Positions 10,025 through 20,242 of a stretch of 64,000 nucleotides of DNA are shown piece by piece. Made by a program: the position numbers and the translations under genes. Below the pieces are notes generated by a model. The model searched no databases, was not told the origin of the DNA, and saw only the letters and a program-made list of their open reading frames with translations. Position 1 is the stretch's first letter; the number at the start of each line of letters is the position of its first letter. The stretch covers positions 64,001-128,000 of the IMG/VR virus record IMGVR_UViG_3300032282_005553, one strand, 5' to 3'. The DNA is from a virus.

Positions 10025-13000
10025 ATGTCTCAAAATATTATCGATGACTCATTAATACTAGCCACAGGTACCGTATTTGACCACTTAATTTCCGTTAGTG
10101 GTGGAATAACTACTGTATTGAATAATAACAATAGAGATATTGATTTTCAAATAAAAAGCACAGGAACTAGCTCTTCATTATACTATGATGCTTCAACAGG
10201 TCGTTTAGGAGTTGGAATTACTGGCGCCCCAGACGCTATGCTTCATGTTAGAGCCCCATGTGCTCAAGATGGTTTAATTTTAGAAAGTATTACCAATTGT
10301 CCAACGGGCGTTCAATTATTATTATTGCATAATAAAGGTATTTCTCCAACTGGTGGTGATTATCCTGCTGTTATTAATTTAGCAGGAAGGAATACCGGCG
10401 CAACTGTAACAAAGTATGCTCAAATTAAATCAAAAATTTTAGATTCAGAATCTTTAAAAACTAGCGGAGAACTTATATTCTCTGTTGATGATAAAGGCTC
10501 TCTTGAAGAAGTATTTGCTGTTAATTTATCAAAATTAGTTTTGGGAGGACTAAATAATAATCCTTCTGGGTCAGCAAACTATACTGTTATAGGTCAATCT
10601 AATTATAGTAGTGGAATATCTTATCTATTAATAGGCAATAATAATTCTGGATTACGATTAGATGATTCATTTTTGTTAGGTGACAATAATATTTATCGTG
10701 GCCCACAAATTTTTTCTTTATCTAATGACAGTAGTATAACTGGCACAAGATTATTTGTTGCCGGACTAGATAATACTGTTGTTGGAAATAGTGGTTTCAT
10801 TTGCGGAATAGATGGTCAAGTTAATGGATCATACAATTTAGTATTATTGGATAATAGCTCTATTAATTCTAATGGAATGGTTGGTATAGTAAGAAATGGT
10901 GCAGTACTCGGCAACTCTGGTATAATATTAGGATCTGATACTATTAGTAGTGGTAATCTCAATATTAATTTTGGTAATAATAATGTTTTGTATGGTAGTA
11001 GAGTAACTGCTATCGGTTCAAATATATCGTCTGAAGGTAGTCTTAATACTATATTTGGCAATTTAGTTTTAGTGAGCGGAAACAGCATTATTTCTATAGG
11101 GTCTAGTCAAAGCATCAATGGAATAACAAATGGTATATTGATTGGAAATAATATTGATTTGTCTAATACGTCTAATCTTTTATATTTAGGTTTTAATAAT
11201 CATACAGATGAAAGTTTGAACAATAGTATTGTTCTTGGTGGAAACAATATCTTAGATGCTGGAGCACTATCAGATATAATCTTAGTTGGACAAAATAATA
11301 AAACACAAGATATGGTAAATTCTGTACTTGTTGGAAACAATAATTTAGCTAGTGGTGATTTAAAAAATAATATTATTTTAGGTAGTGGAAATGCACTAAG
11401 AAATAATAGTTATAATAATATATGCCTAGGATTATTAACTAATCAAACGGGAGTTTATGTAGATTCAGACGGAGGCATTGATGGAACCCCCAGATCAATA
11501 TCTAGTAATAATATAAATTCTGTAATCGTTGGAGTACATAATCAATCATATCTAAATTTATCTAATGCTATAATTGGAAATAAAAATATTACATCTGGTT
11601 TGTATATTAATAATTTGGGATCATTTAATGACATAAGAAATACAAGTAAGGCGTATGTTCTCGGTAATTCAAATTCTGTTGAAGGAAATAATCTTTGTGT
11701 AATTGGATCAAATTCTTTAGTGATAGGAAATGATTCTATTGTTATTAGTAACAAAAATAATTCTAATATTTATGGTAGTGGAATTATATCTATTGGAAAT
11801 AACCCTTATGTAAGTAGTGGAAATGTTATAGTTGGATATGATAATACTGCTGGTATATCAGGATTGATTTATGGAATAAACAATACTCAGGGTGTTGGTG
11901 GAGATTTCTTTACATTTACTAGCGGGTCTAATACAATAACGCTTTATACAACATCGGCCCCTTACCAACTCAATGATCGCCTTTTATTACATATCAAAAA
12001 TCCTATTTCTAAAAATGGAATATTAGTATCTACTGTAACTGCTGATCCTACCATAAATAGAAATAACGGAACAACTACCATAACATTAAGTGATATTCCA
12101 GAATGGTCTAATAGATATTTATCAGTAAATAATAGTTTTGATGAAAATAATACCCCGTCAACGATTGGCAGTGGTATTATCATGCTATATTCTAGGGGTA
12201 CAAATCAGATATATTATGGCTCTAATAATATGATTCTTGGCAATAATAATAGTGTTGCTCTGAATAATAGTATTGTTGTCGGTAATAACAGCACCTCTTC
12301 CGGTATTAATAATGTTATTATTGGTAATAATATTACTGGTTTAACAAATAATACATTGAGCATTGGTACATCAAATTCTAATAAGGTAGTTATATCTGAT
12401 TCTAGTGTAATTTTTAACACAGGAACAGCTCAGCAATCAATCGTTGTTAGAGCTACAGATGGTACAATAACTCAATATAGTGACTTATCCAATAAAAGAT
12501 TAGGCATTAATACATCATCTCCAAGATCAGATCTTGATGTTAGTGGAGTAATAACATCACAACAATTAAGAATGGGACTATCTGCCGGAAGTGGGTATGT
12601 ATTAACTTCAGATATTGATGGATTTGGTTCATGGACATTGCCGGTTAGGATATCTGGAGCATCAAGTGGATTACTATTCAATTATCCAAATTCTAACAAT
12701 AAGTTAGCTATTAGCAGCACAGATATTTCATTGAATATTCAAAAAGATTTCGGTAATGCTGATACGCACTCTGTAGATTTTTATGGTAATTTTGCTATAC
12801 ATAAAACTGGTATTATTCTTAACACAAATAAAGGAAGCTCCATAACTGCTGCTAAATTTATTGTTTGGGGATCTGGTGGACCAGAATGGTCTGCTCCAAC
12901 TATTGAAATAGATCCAAACAATAATAATTTGGTTAAAATGTATAATTTATCTTCTGTTAGTGGCAAATTAAATCAATTGAATGTTGATACATATGTTATG

Positions 13001-14368
13001 TTTCCATCATCAACAACGGGTACAATTCTTTCTATTAGTGGAGACAATAGAACATTAATTGGAAAAACTTTTGACCCTCATTCAATACTATACTCTGATA
13101 TAAACAGTAGGGCTACTGGAACTAAAAACTTTAGATGGTTTGATGATGATAGAGTATTAGCCTTGGGTGGATCAGGTATTATAAATGATAATTTAAATCC
13201 AGCAAGATATGGCATAGTTCTTAGTACAAACAATACGCAAAGTACCATATTTAATAATTTTGGATTAGGAACAGATTTCTCTATTATCAAATCAGGTGAA
13301 AATGCAGTTAATGCTGGTAGTGGTTTCCACATGTTGTCAAAAAACGGCAAAGTTGGAATTAATACAACAATAAATAAATTAAATGATATATATGAGATCC
13401 CTGGCGCTTCGTTGTGTGTAGGTGGTAAAACAGTAACGGATACACTTAGAGTTACTGCATTTAGTCAAGTAGGAGACTATTTGAGAGTATCTAGTAATGG
13501 CGAAGTAGTTGCTAGTGGCGCTACTTTCGACTCAACATTTGTTGGAACACATCCGATAGATGTTGTTTCGTATGCTGGAAATTCTGATATTGAATTTAGT
13601 TTATCAAAAACAGACAACGACGGCGTTGCAGAACTTGATTCCTCCGATATAGGTCGCACAGTTGCCTTTAATGGTGTGGATTGGGCGATAGCTAGTGGAT
13701 TAAATATATATGATGTAAGTAATAAAAGAGGTATGTTAGTAGGTTATGATGGATCATTATTTAATTCAGCTGGATTAACAACTAATACAATAGGCGCTCA
13801 ATCGCATTATGTCAATGTTTTTGCTGGTGGTGGATTTAATTCTTTGGGAGCATACTCTTCTAGTAATAATGCTAACACCACTAGAGGAACATCTCAGTTT
13901 GCTCAATATTTCTTGAGAACGAGAACTAGTGGAAATGTCGTAAGGCCATTATTAATGAATTTTAATACTCTCTCTGACGGCACTATTTCGAAAACAGTTA
14001 ATAATACTATAGTTTTTCCTGATAATGCCTATGGAGTATGGACATATACAGCATATATAAATGTTATGTGGAGTGGTAACGCCACAATGGGTGGCGCTGG
14101 ATATGTAATCAATGGTTCAGTTGGTAAATTTTCTTTGAATACTAATAACCTTGTTGATCTTGGATATACTGTAGATAGTTGGACATCCAACTCACAAGTT
14201 ACACATAATATAAAACCGGAAGTTAAGCAGGATATAGGTGGTAGTAAGCAGACATTGGAATTTACTGCTTCAGGTAATCCAATGTATATCATGTTATGGT
14301 CAGCAACAGTCAATATTAATCAAACACATTGGCCAATTGGTTCAGCATTTACTTCTACAATATTATGA
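10025..14368 (+). CDS. Tail fibre / receptor-binding protein with beta-roll (YadA-head-like IGNNN) repeats
   Basis: Many ~14-aa (I/V)G(N/S)xN repeats; fibre-type motifs GRLGVG, RLGINTSSPRSDLDVSG and GKVGINT; AAGG RBS upstream. Confidence 0.7.
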   Translation: MSQNIIDDSLILATGTVFDHLISVSGGITTVLNNNNRDIDFQIKSTGTSSSLYYDASTGRLGVGITGAPDAMLHVRAPCAQDGLILESITNCPTGVQLLLLHNKGISPTGGDYPAVINLAGRNTGATVTKYAQIKSKILDSESLKTSGELIFSVDDKGSLEEVFAVNLSKLVLGGLNNNPSGSANYTVIGQSNYSSGISYLLIGNNNSGLRLDDSFLLGDNNIYRGPQIFSLSNDSSITGTRLFVAGLDNTVVGNSGFICGIDGQVNGSYNLVLLDNSSINSNGMVGIVRNGAVLGNSGIILGSDTISSGNLNINFGNNNVLYGSRVTAIGSNISSEGSLNTIFGNLVLVSGNSIISIGSSQSINGITNGILIGNNIDLSNTSNLLYLGFNNHTDESLNNSIVLGGNNILDAGALSDIILVGQNNKTQDMVNSVLVGNNNLASGDLKNNIILGSGNALRNNSYNNICLGLLTNQTGVYVDSDGGIDGTPRSISSNNINSVIVGVHNQSYLNLSNAIIGNKNITSGLYINNLGSFNDIRNTSKAYVLGNSNSVEGNNLCVIGSNSLVIGNDSIVISNKNNSNIYGSGIISIGNNPYVSSGNVIVGYDNTAGISGLIYGINNTQGVGGDFFTFTSGSNTITLYTTSAPYQLNDRLLLHIKNPISKNGILVSTVTADPTINRNNGTTTITLSDIPEWSNRYLSVNNSFDENNTPSTIGSGIIMLYSRGTNQIYYGSNNMILGNNNSVALNNSIVVGNNSTSSGINNVIIGNNITGLTNNTLSIGTSNSNKVVISDSSVIFNTGTAQQSIVVRATDGTITQYSDLSNKRLGINTSSPRSDLDVSGVITSQQLRMGLSAGSGYVLTSDIDGFGSWTLPVRISGASSGLLFNYPNSNNKLAISSTDISLNIQKDFGNADTHSVDFYGNFAIHKTGIILNTNKGSSITAAKFIVWGSGGPEWSAPTIEIDPNNNNLVKMYNLSSVSGKLNQLNVDTYVMFPSSTTGTILSISGDNRTLIGKTFDPHSILYSDINSRATGTKNFRWFDDDRVLALGGSGIINDNLNPARYGIVLSTNNTQSTIFNNFGLGTDFSIIKSGENAVNAGSGFHMLSKNGKVGINTTINKLNDIYEIPGASLCVGGKTVTDTLRVTAFSQVGDYLRVSSNGEVVASGATFDSTFVGTHPIDVVSYAGNSDIEFSLSKTDNDGVAELDSSDIGRTVAFNGVDWAIASGLNIYDVSNKRGMLVGYDGSLFNSAGLTTNTIGAQSHYVNVFAGGGFNSLGAYSSSNNANTTRGTSQFAQYFLRTRTSGNVVRPLLMNFNTLSDGTISKTVNNTIVFPDNAYGVWTYTAYINVMWSGNATMGGAGYVINGSVGKFSLNTNNLVDLGYTVDSWTSNSQVTHNIKPEVKQDIGGSKQTLEFTASGNPMYIMLWSATVNINQTHWPIGSAFTSTIL

Positions 14369-14418
14369 CATAAAAAAGGATAGATTATTTAATTTTATCA
14401 AAGGAAAAAGGATAATAT

Positions 14419-16038
14419 ATGGCAACTGGCGTCTTTATGACATATGGATCATTCAAATTTAGTCCATCAGACGGATATCCTATACCGCAAGTGTCTCTTT
14501 CTAAAGAATTTGACAGAGATCAAGCTGGAAGAATTATTGGTGGACGAACTATTGTATCGCTAGAAGGAGTAATATATAATAATATTCATGATCTAGATTT
14601 TCAAGGTTTTTTAACAAGAGAAAAAGACTTAAGAGAGGCATTTAGTAAAGACACATTTATAAAATTTGGTTGCGGTACGAATGAAAATACTCCAAGCTAT
14701 AGTGGTAATGCTAAAGTTAATAGATTATCAATTGATAAAACAGAAAATCGTTGGGTATCAACAATAGGATATAATGCAGACCTAATAGTAGAAGATGTCC
14801 CAACAATTTCTCAAGAATGTACATCAACCGGAATATATAATATAACAAGTTGTCAAGATGAATGGAACATGGAAATTATAGATGAATATAGCTATGTAAA
14901 TTCTCCGGTTGGTGCAAATGTTCTCAGAGAAGCCCTTAATTTTCCATTAGGCTCAAAATATCCAATATATCGTATCAGTAGAACCATAGGAGCTGTTGGT
15001 AAATTCATTCCAACAGGAAACAATCTTGGAATTAGTGCGATAGCTGGCGCTAAAAAATGGGTAACATGCAGATTAAGTACAGCTCCAGAATCGTCTCTTA
15101 CAGGAATGCTTAGCGGGATAGTTCTGTATAATTTTGTAAGATCGGTTGCAGTAGATGACCCAGGCGGTTCTTATAGACTAACAGATAATTGGATAGGAGT
15201 TCCAACGGGATACTCTACTTCTGGACTATATATTGAATCTTTTAATATTGATAGTTCATTAGATAGTAGTTATCTTAGAACAGTTACTATAAATGGAACA
15301 ATAAAAGGACTAGAGCCATTTGATAGTGGAAAAATTTATGATAAATCTATAATAGGTACTGGTCTAAAAGGAAGTATATCCCCAATGGCACAACTAGTAA
15401 GGAGCGACAGTGCAACTAGTAGATTTGATCAAGCATTAAGTGGTTATAATAGTATAAAAAATAGTATGTTTATGAGAGTACAATCTTTTGTAGAAAAACA
15501 GAATAATCCTAGTGGAATATTTAGAAGATTCTTTGGAAGAGATGAAAATACAGTTAATCCTTTACCCCTAAGTGTAACAGAAGGATTTAATCCAACCGAA
15601 GGTTCCGTAACCTATAGTTGGATCTATAATAATAGACCATTGAACTTAATTTCAGGATCTATTTCTGAAACACTAACAATTAATGATAGTTTTCCAACAC
15701 AGGTTGTTGCTGAACTTTTCGTATTGGGCAGGAGATTGGGGCCGGTCATGCAAAGTTTAGGCACTTATACAACAGCATCTAGAGATGTTACATTTGATGT
15801 TGTTATGCCAAGACCCACAGGATTGGCCGGTATCAAATTTCCTAAAACAGCATATATACAAATTACGGGACTAGTAGAAAGTATGAATCCGATGTTCTTA
15901 TTAGGATCAAGTGTTTGCAAATCATTTGTTAAAAATAATACAGAGAATTGGAGTGTAACAGACGGTAGATTTACTAAACAGAAAACTTGGGTATGGCAGC
16001 ATTGTTATCAAGATATAACACAAAATTCAAACATATAA
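14419..16038 (+). CDS. Putative tail structural protein (distal-tail/baseplate-like)
   Basis: 539-aa beta-rich ORF with AAGGA RBS in the tail module; function inferred from position only. Confidence 0.5.
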   Translation: MATGVFMTYGSFKFSPSDGYPIPQVSLSKEFDRDQAGRIIGGRTIVSLEGVIYNNIHDLDFQGFLTREKDLREAFSKDTFIKFGCGTNENTPSYSGNAKVNRLSIDKTENRWVSTIGYNADLIVEDVPTISQECTSTGIYNITSCQDEWNMEIIDEYSYVNSPVGANVLREALNFPLGSKYPIYRISRTIGAVGKFIPTGNNLGISAIAGAKKWVTCRLSTAPESSLTGMLSGIVLYNFVRSVAVDDPGGSYRLTDNWIGVPTGYSTSGLYIESFNIDSSLDSSYLRTVTINGTIKGLEPFDSGKIYDKSIIGTGLKGSISPMAQLVRSDSATSRFDQALSGYNSIKNSMFMRVQSFVEKQNNPSGIFRRFFGRDENTVNPLPLSVTEGFNPTEGSVTYSWIYNNRPLNLISGSISETLTINDSFPTQVVAELFVLGRRLGPVMQSLGTYTTASRDVTFDVVMPRPTGLAGIKFPKTAYIQITGLVESMNPMFLLGSSVCKSFVKNNTENWSVTDGRFTKQKTWVWQHCYQDITQNSNI

Positions 16039-16055
16039 ATTAATAGGAGTTTATT

Positions 16056-19000
16056 TTGAGTTATTGTAATTTGCCAGAAAGATTAATTGGACCATATAAT
16101 CAAACACTATTTTTAGGATGTAGCGTATCCAATTTTACATGTAATCTTGCATGGGGCGCAGAACAAAGCACATTACAGGTTAATTTAGTAGAGGATAATT
16201 GTTATCATCCACAGTCTATCTTTTATGGCTCTATGGATTTACAATTGGATAGCATAACACAACAGCCAGAAAACGCAAATAGTACAGCATTTACAAAAAA
16301 TGGAGATGTTTTTAATACAAATGATCCTGCTAAAACCGTACATAAAACCATAGCTTTTAGTGAAAAAGATAAAGAGAATGCTAGAGATCAGGAAAATGCA
16401 ACTCTATCCTATGATAATAAAGACTATGGTAAGGTTGTATATGATATAAATGGAAATAGGGGCTACTGGACAGAGCCAGATCCTTACTTTATCGGAGCCC
16501 CAGGCAATAAATTTAATAGTAACGGCTATGATATATTAGGTGTGCCAGTAAGATTCAAATTTAATGATTTTAGTTTCGGAGGAATAGTTTCTTCATGGAA
16601 ACAAGCAGGATCTCAAGGAGGATTAAGAAGTTTCGATGTAGAAATTAAAAGTTTTGCGAGCTTATTAAATGGGGTTCAATTAATTATAGGAGGTTACGGT
16701 GGAGGAATTTGTGGTATTGTTCCGAATACCAGCAATAATCCAACAGGGAAAAATATAGCGATGCCCATGCCTTATGGTGTTGATTTTTATGAAAATTCTC
16801 CACCAGTTTTTTCTTTTTTTGATTATACCGCAGATATTGCTCAAGGAAATATTCCTAATGTTATAAATATATATGGACATTTAACATATCTTGGATATAA
16901 AAATAAAGTATATGGTGGAGCAGGATTGAACCAAGAAGGGATGAGATCGCAGGATATATACGACAGCTTAGAAGCTTTGTTGGGTCTTAATAGTCATAAT
17001 AATATCGATCATATTTCTCCATTCTCACCATACGGCGCTATTATATCGAGATCTATAAGAAATAATTCTACGTCTAGTGAAGTGGATCCTTTTTCAGAAA
17101 CTTATAATAATCTTAATTTAACTCATATGGGAATATGTCCAAATTCTATAGCTATAGACGGACATCGTAGATCAAGATTGAAACTTGATCTTTCAGAAGT
17201 ACCAAGACCACCTAGATGGTTGAGAACACAAGGAGAAGTTATAAGTTTAATGCAGTTCATTTCTGATATTTGTGATGGATCTGGATTTGATTTTTTTGTT
17301 GATTTTGTTCCACCTGATTCTCAGCAGATAGCTCATAATATATCTGGAATTATAAAAATTAGAACCGTATCCAGACGTCAACAACCTAAAAAAGATCAGA
17401 TACAAGCCTTAATTAATTATCTAGTAACTAATAATGGAGTAACGTCTTATAATAAAGGAAAAGAATTTACAGATGTTAATACTAGATCAATGTATATTGG
17501 AGGAAAACAAAAAAGATTACTACAATGTAGAACAGAAAGATTTGCTTTTACTCAAAATACTTTAATATGGGATCCATGGGTCGGACAGCTTGGAGTATTT
17601 ATAGACTATAATCCAATAGGGGGTGGCACAAATGCTACTGCTGGAACAAGTGTTGCTTCGAGCATAGCTTACGGAACTAATCTTGTTAGACAACCAAATT
17701 TATTATCTACCAGAAGGTACTCTTTTAAGAGCTCTGGTGGCGCTGCTGTGGCTAGCGATTCTTATGGGTTCAATGACTCACAGGTATTCGGACAGACTAC
17801 AAATTTTTCAAGAGGAAACTATACTGATACGGCTACTCTTGGGGGAGGTCTAGGTTTTGAAAAATTTGAGTATATCTCAAAGGTATTGACGGGCTCAGAA
17901 GCAGCAGCTTCTACACGAAATTTACCAATTTATACCGACGCTATCTGCCCATATTTTGGAGTAGGGTCAAATGGATTAGTGAGACCGGTTTATTTTGATA
18001 AGAATATGGGACAAATGCAAATTATCTTTCAAATGTCCGATTTAGATGGACTAATATCTTATCCTCTTTCTAGTATACAGGGACCATATCCAGACAAACT
18101 TAGTATATTTGCAGCGCCAGTTTTCTTGGTATTGGAAAACGAAATAAGAGCAGCTGGCGGAGGATTTATGCAATGGATCACATACTGTTTCAGTAACATT
18201 TTTTCAACGGATATTTCTGAGATACTATATAAGGCTTTTAAAAATCATTTAGGTTTGGGAGGAAAACCAGCTAAAAATTTATGGCTTGCTGGTATGGATG
18301 GGATATTAAAATCTATGGGCAGACAAACTATAGGAATAGATAATAGAGTATTAGATTCTATCAACCTGTCGTCTGTGGCTCCATATTTTAGAGAATTACA
18401 TGCTGACTTAGAGAAAGTTCATGGTTTTTTTCAGGGTATTGCTAGCGAATATTATGGTAAAAAATATATGATACGAATGCCTGAATTAGCATGGTATCAA
18501 GATATTTCAGTAGCGACAGATAATAATAATAATGCTATTGTACTAGGTAATGATGAGAGTGGTAATCCGATTTATGCATTAGAAGGGACAAATACTGTTT
18601 TTACCAATTATTCTGTCTCATCGGATGGTGCTTGGGAAGAGCCCGGAAATATGATAGATGATACAATAGCAGTAGGAGGAATAAAAGCTTCATTTTTTAC
18701 AGATGAAACCGGAAAAATTGGACCAATCGTCGGATATAATGCTTCTATGGAAAAAGATACTGGAAGACTATGGGCTAGACAACAATTTTTAAGTCAAGCT
18801 ATAAGATATAGACCATATGCGGGTGCTCCATATACCGTGTTTGACTGGAGCCATGTAATGAAATTAAACTACGAAGACCCATTGCTTCAAGATAATACTC
18901 ATTGGTATATCCCGCTTAGCTATCAGATAGAAGAATCTATGATTTTGCCATATAATCATCCAGAAGTTAATGTGCCCATGGCTCATAATATGGGTATGTA

Positions 19001-20219
19001 TAGACAACCAGTGCCTTTTGATAAAAGATATAAAATGTATGCAAAAGGAACAACAGAGAGCGATCTTGTATTTCTAGCACCTAATTCTGCACAACCCAGA
19101 GCTATAGTTAGTGTCCCATCTCCGGTTTTGGTGGGAGTCGGCAGAAACGGGACAGATGATGAATTAAATGCGGTGATGGTACAAGATGCTCTGGCAAGAT
19201 TAAGATTTGGAGCTAGTGTGCCACTAGTAGTGCAGGGACTACTTACGCTTGGATCAACTCTTGGTGGAACAGGATTTGCTGCGGGATCTACTACAATTTG
19301 GGGAGGATTGGGATTGAATCCTGCTTATGAAGATGCTGCTCAAAGAAGTATGATACTGGTTGTTGTTCCGGTTGGAGAAAATACCAGAGATCCACAAAAA
19401 GGATTCAGTCCAAAATACGGATATACAAGCTACTTTTTGGGAAAAGAGGCTGGAGTAGGAGGATTTGGGGGTGTATCTTTATTGGACTATATGATTCGAG
19501 ATTTAGAATTTACTCATATGATGAGTTTTGGATACGAAAATGAAATTAAAAATTCTAATTATAGAGCACCTGTAAAATTTGACGCACAAAGAAATAGGAT
19601 GGGTGTTTCAAGCGAAGATGCTTATGAGCCGAATACTATTTTACCAAGAGCAGCATTTCCATTATTCTGTGCAATTCCACTCGAAATGAATGATGCTGTT
19701 TATGGTCCATGGATTAATCATCCAGGATTAATTAAAGACAATATTTTTCCAGATAGCAATAATTCATTATTAGATGTAGAAAATCTTGTAGGAGGAGTAA
19801 AAGTAATCGTTGATCCATCCTTGACCCCATGGAATTATGGAGGAATGGGTCCGCTTGATGATGCTGTGATGAGTAAAATTGCAGACGATGTAAATTATCA
19901 ACAGGTTCTAGAGAATGGTAGTGTACAAATACCTGGTTTTGCAAACTTTAATTTGGGTGATGCTATACAATTTTATGGTAGTCAATTTAATGGTCCGGTA
20001 TTAACTAGTATTAATGTTCAGATAGGTGAGAATGGGGTATCTTCTACATATAATTTTAGAACATATATTCGTAAAATTGGATTTTTTAACAAAGAAAATG
20101 CCGATAGAGTTAAAGCACTCAATCAGGAATCGCTCAAGAGAAACAGAGAAATTAATAATAAATTATTAAAATTGGCATCTAGGATGGGGATCTCTCCCGG
20201 ATCATTTAGGATTATATAA
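16056..20219 (+). CDS. Putative baseplate hub / tail tip protein
   Basis: 1387 aa, TTG start with AGGAG RBS. The ISLMQFISDICDGSGFDFFV segment and C-terminal LGD...LTSINVQIGENGVSSTYNFRT resemble hub (Tal/gp27-like) organisation. Confidence 0.55.
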   Translation: MSYCNLPERLIGPYNQTLFLGCSVSNFTCNLAWGAEQSTLQVNLVEDNCYHPQSIFYGSMDLQLDSITQQPENANSTAFTKNGDVFNTNDPAKTVHKTIAFSEKDKENARDQENATLSYDNKDYGKVVYDINGNRGYWTEPDPYFIGAPGNKFNSNGYDILGVPVRFKFNDFSFGGIVSSWKQAGSQGGLRSFDVEIKSFASLLNGVQLIIGGYGGGICGIVPNTSNNPTGKNIAMPMPYGVDFYENSPPVFSFFDYTADIAQGNIPNVINIYGHLTYLGYKNKVYGGAGLNQEGMRSQDIYDSLEALLGLNSHNNIDHISPFSPYGAIISRSIRNNSTSSEVDPFSETYNNLNLTHMGICPNSIAIDGHRRSRLKLDLSEVPRPPRWLRTQGEVISLMQFISDICDGSGFDFFVDFVPPDSQQIAHNISGIIKIRTVSRRQQPKKDQIQALINYLVTNNGVTSYNKGKEFTDVNTRSMYIGGKQKRLLQCRTERFAFTQNTLIWDPWVGQLGVFIDYNPIGGGTNATAGTSVASSIAYGTNLVRQPNLLSTRRYSFKSSGGAAVASDSYGFNDSQVFGQTTNFSRGNYTDTATLGGGLGFEKFEYISKVLTGSEAAASTRNLPIYTDAICPYFGVGSNGLVRPVYFDKNMGQMQIIFQMSDLDGLISYPLSSIQGPYPDKLSIFAAPVFLVLENEIRAAGGGFMQWITYCFSNIFSTDISEILYKAFKNHLGLGGKPAKNLWLAGMDGILKSMGRQTIGIDNRVLDSINLSSVAPYFRELHADLEKVHGFFQGIASEYYGKKYMIRMPELAWYQDISVATDNNNNAIVLGNDESGNPIYALEGTNTVFTNYSVSSDGAWEEPGNMIDDTIAVGGIKASFFTDETGKIGPIVGYNASMEKDTGRLWARQQFLSQAIRYRPYAGAPYTVFDWSHVMKLNYEDPLLQDNTHWYIPLSYQIEESMILPYNHPEVNVPMAHNMGMYRQPVPFDKRYKMYAKGTTESDLVFLAPNSAQPRAIVSVPSPVLVGVGRNGTDDELNAVMVQDALARLRFGASVPLVVQGLLTLGSTLGGTGFAAGSTTIWGGLGLNPAYEDAAQRSMILVVVPVGENTRDPQKGFSPKYGYTSYFLGKEAGVGGFGGVSLLDYMIRDLEFTHMMSFGYENEIKNSNYRAPVKFDAQRNRMGVSSEDAYEPNTILPRAAFPLFCAIPLEMNDAVYGPWINHPGLIKDNIFPDSNNSLLDVENLVGGVKVIVDPSLTPWNYGGMGPLDDAVMSKIADDVNYQQVLENGSVQIPGFANFNLGDAIQFYGSQFNGPVLTSINVQIGENGVSSTYNFRTYIRKIGFFNKENADRVKALNQESLKRNREINNKLLKLASRMGISPGSFRII

Positions 20220-20242
20220 ATATATATTAAGAAAGATGAATT

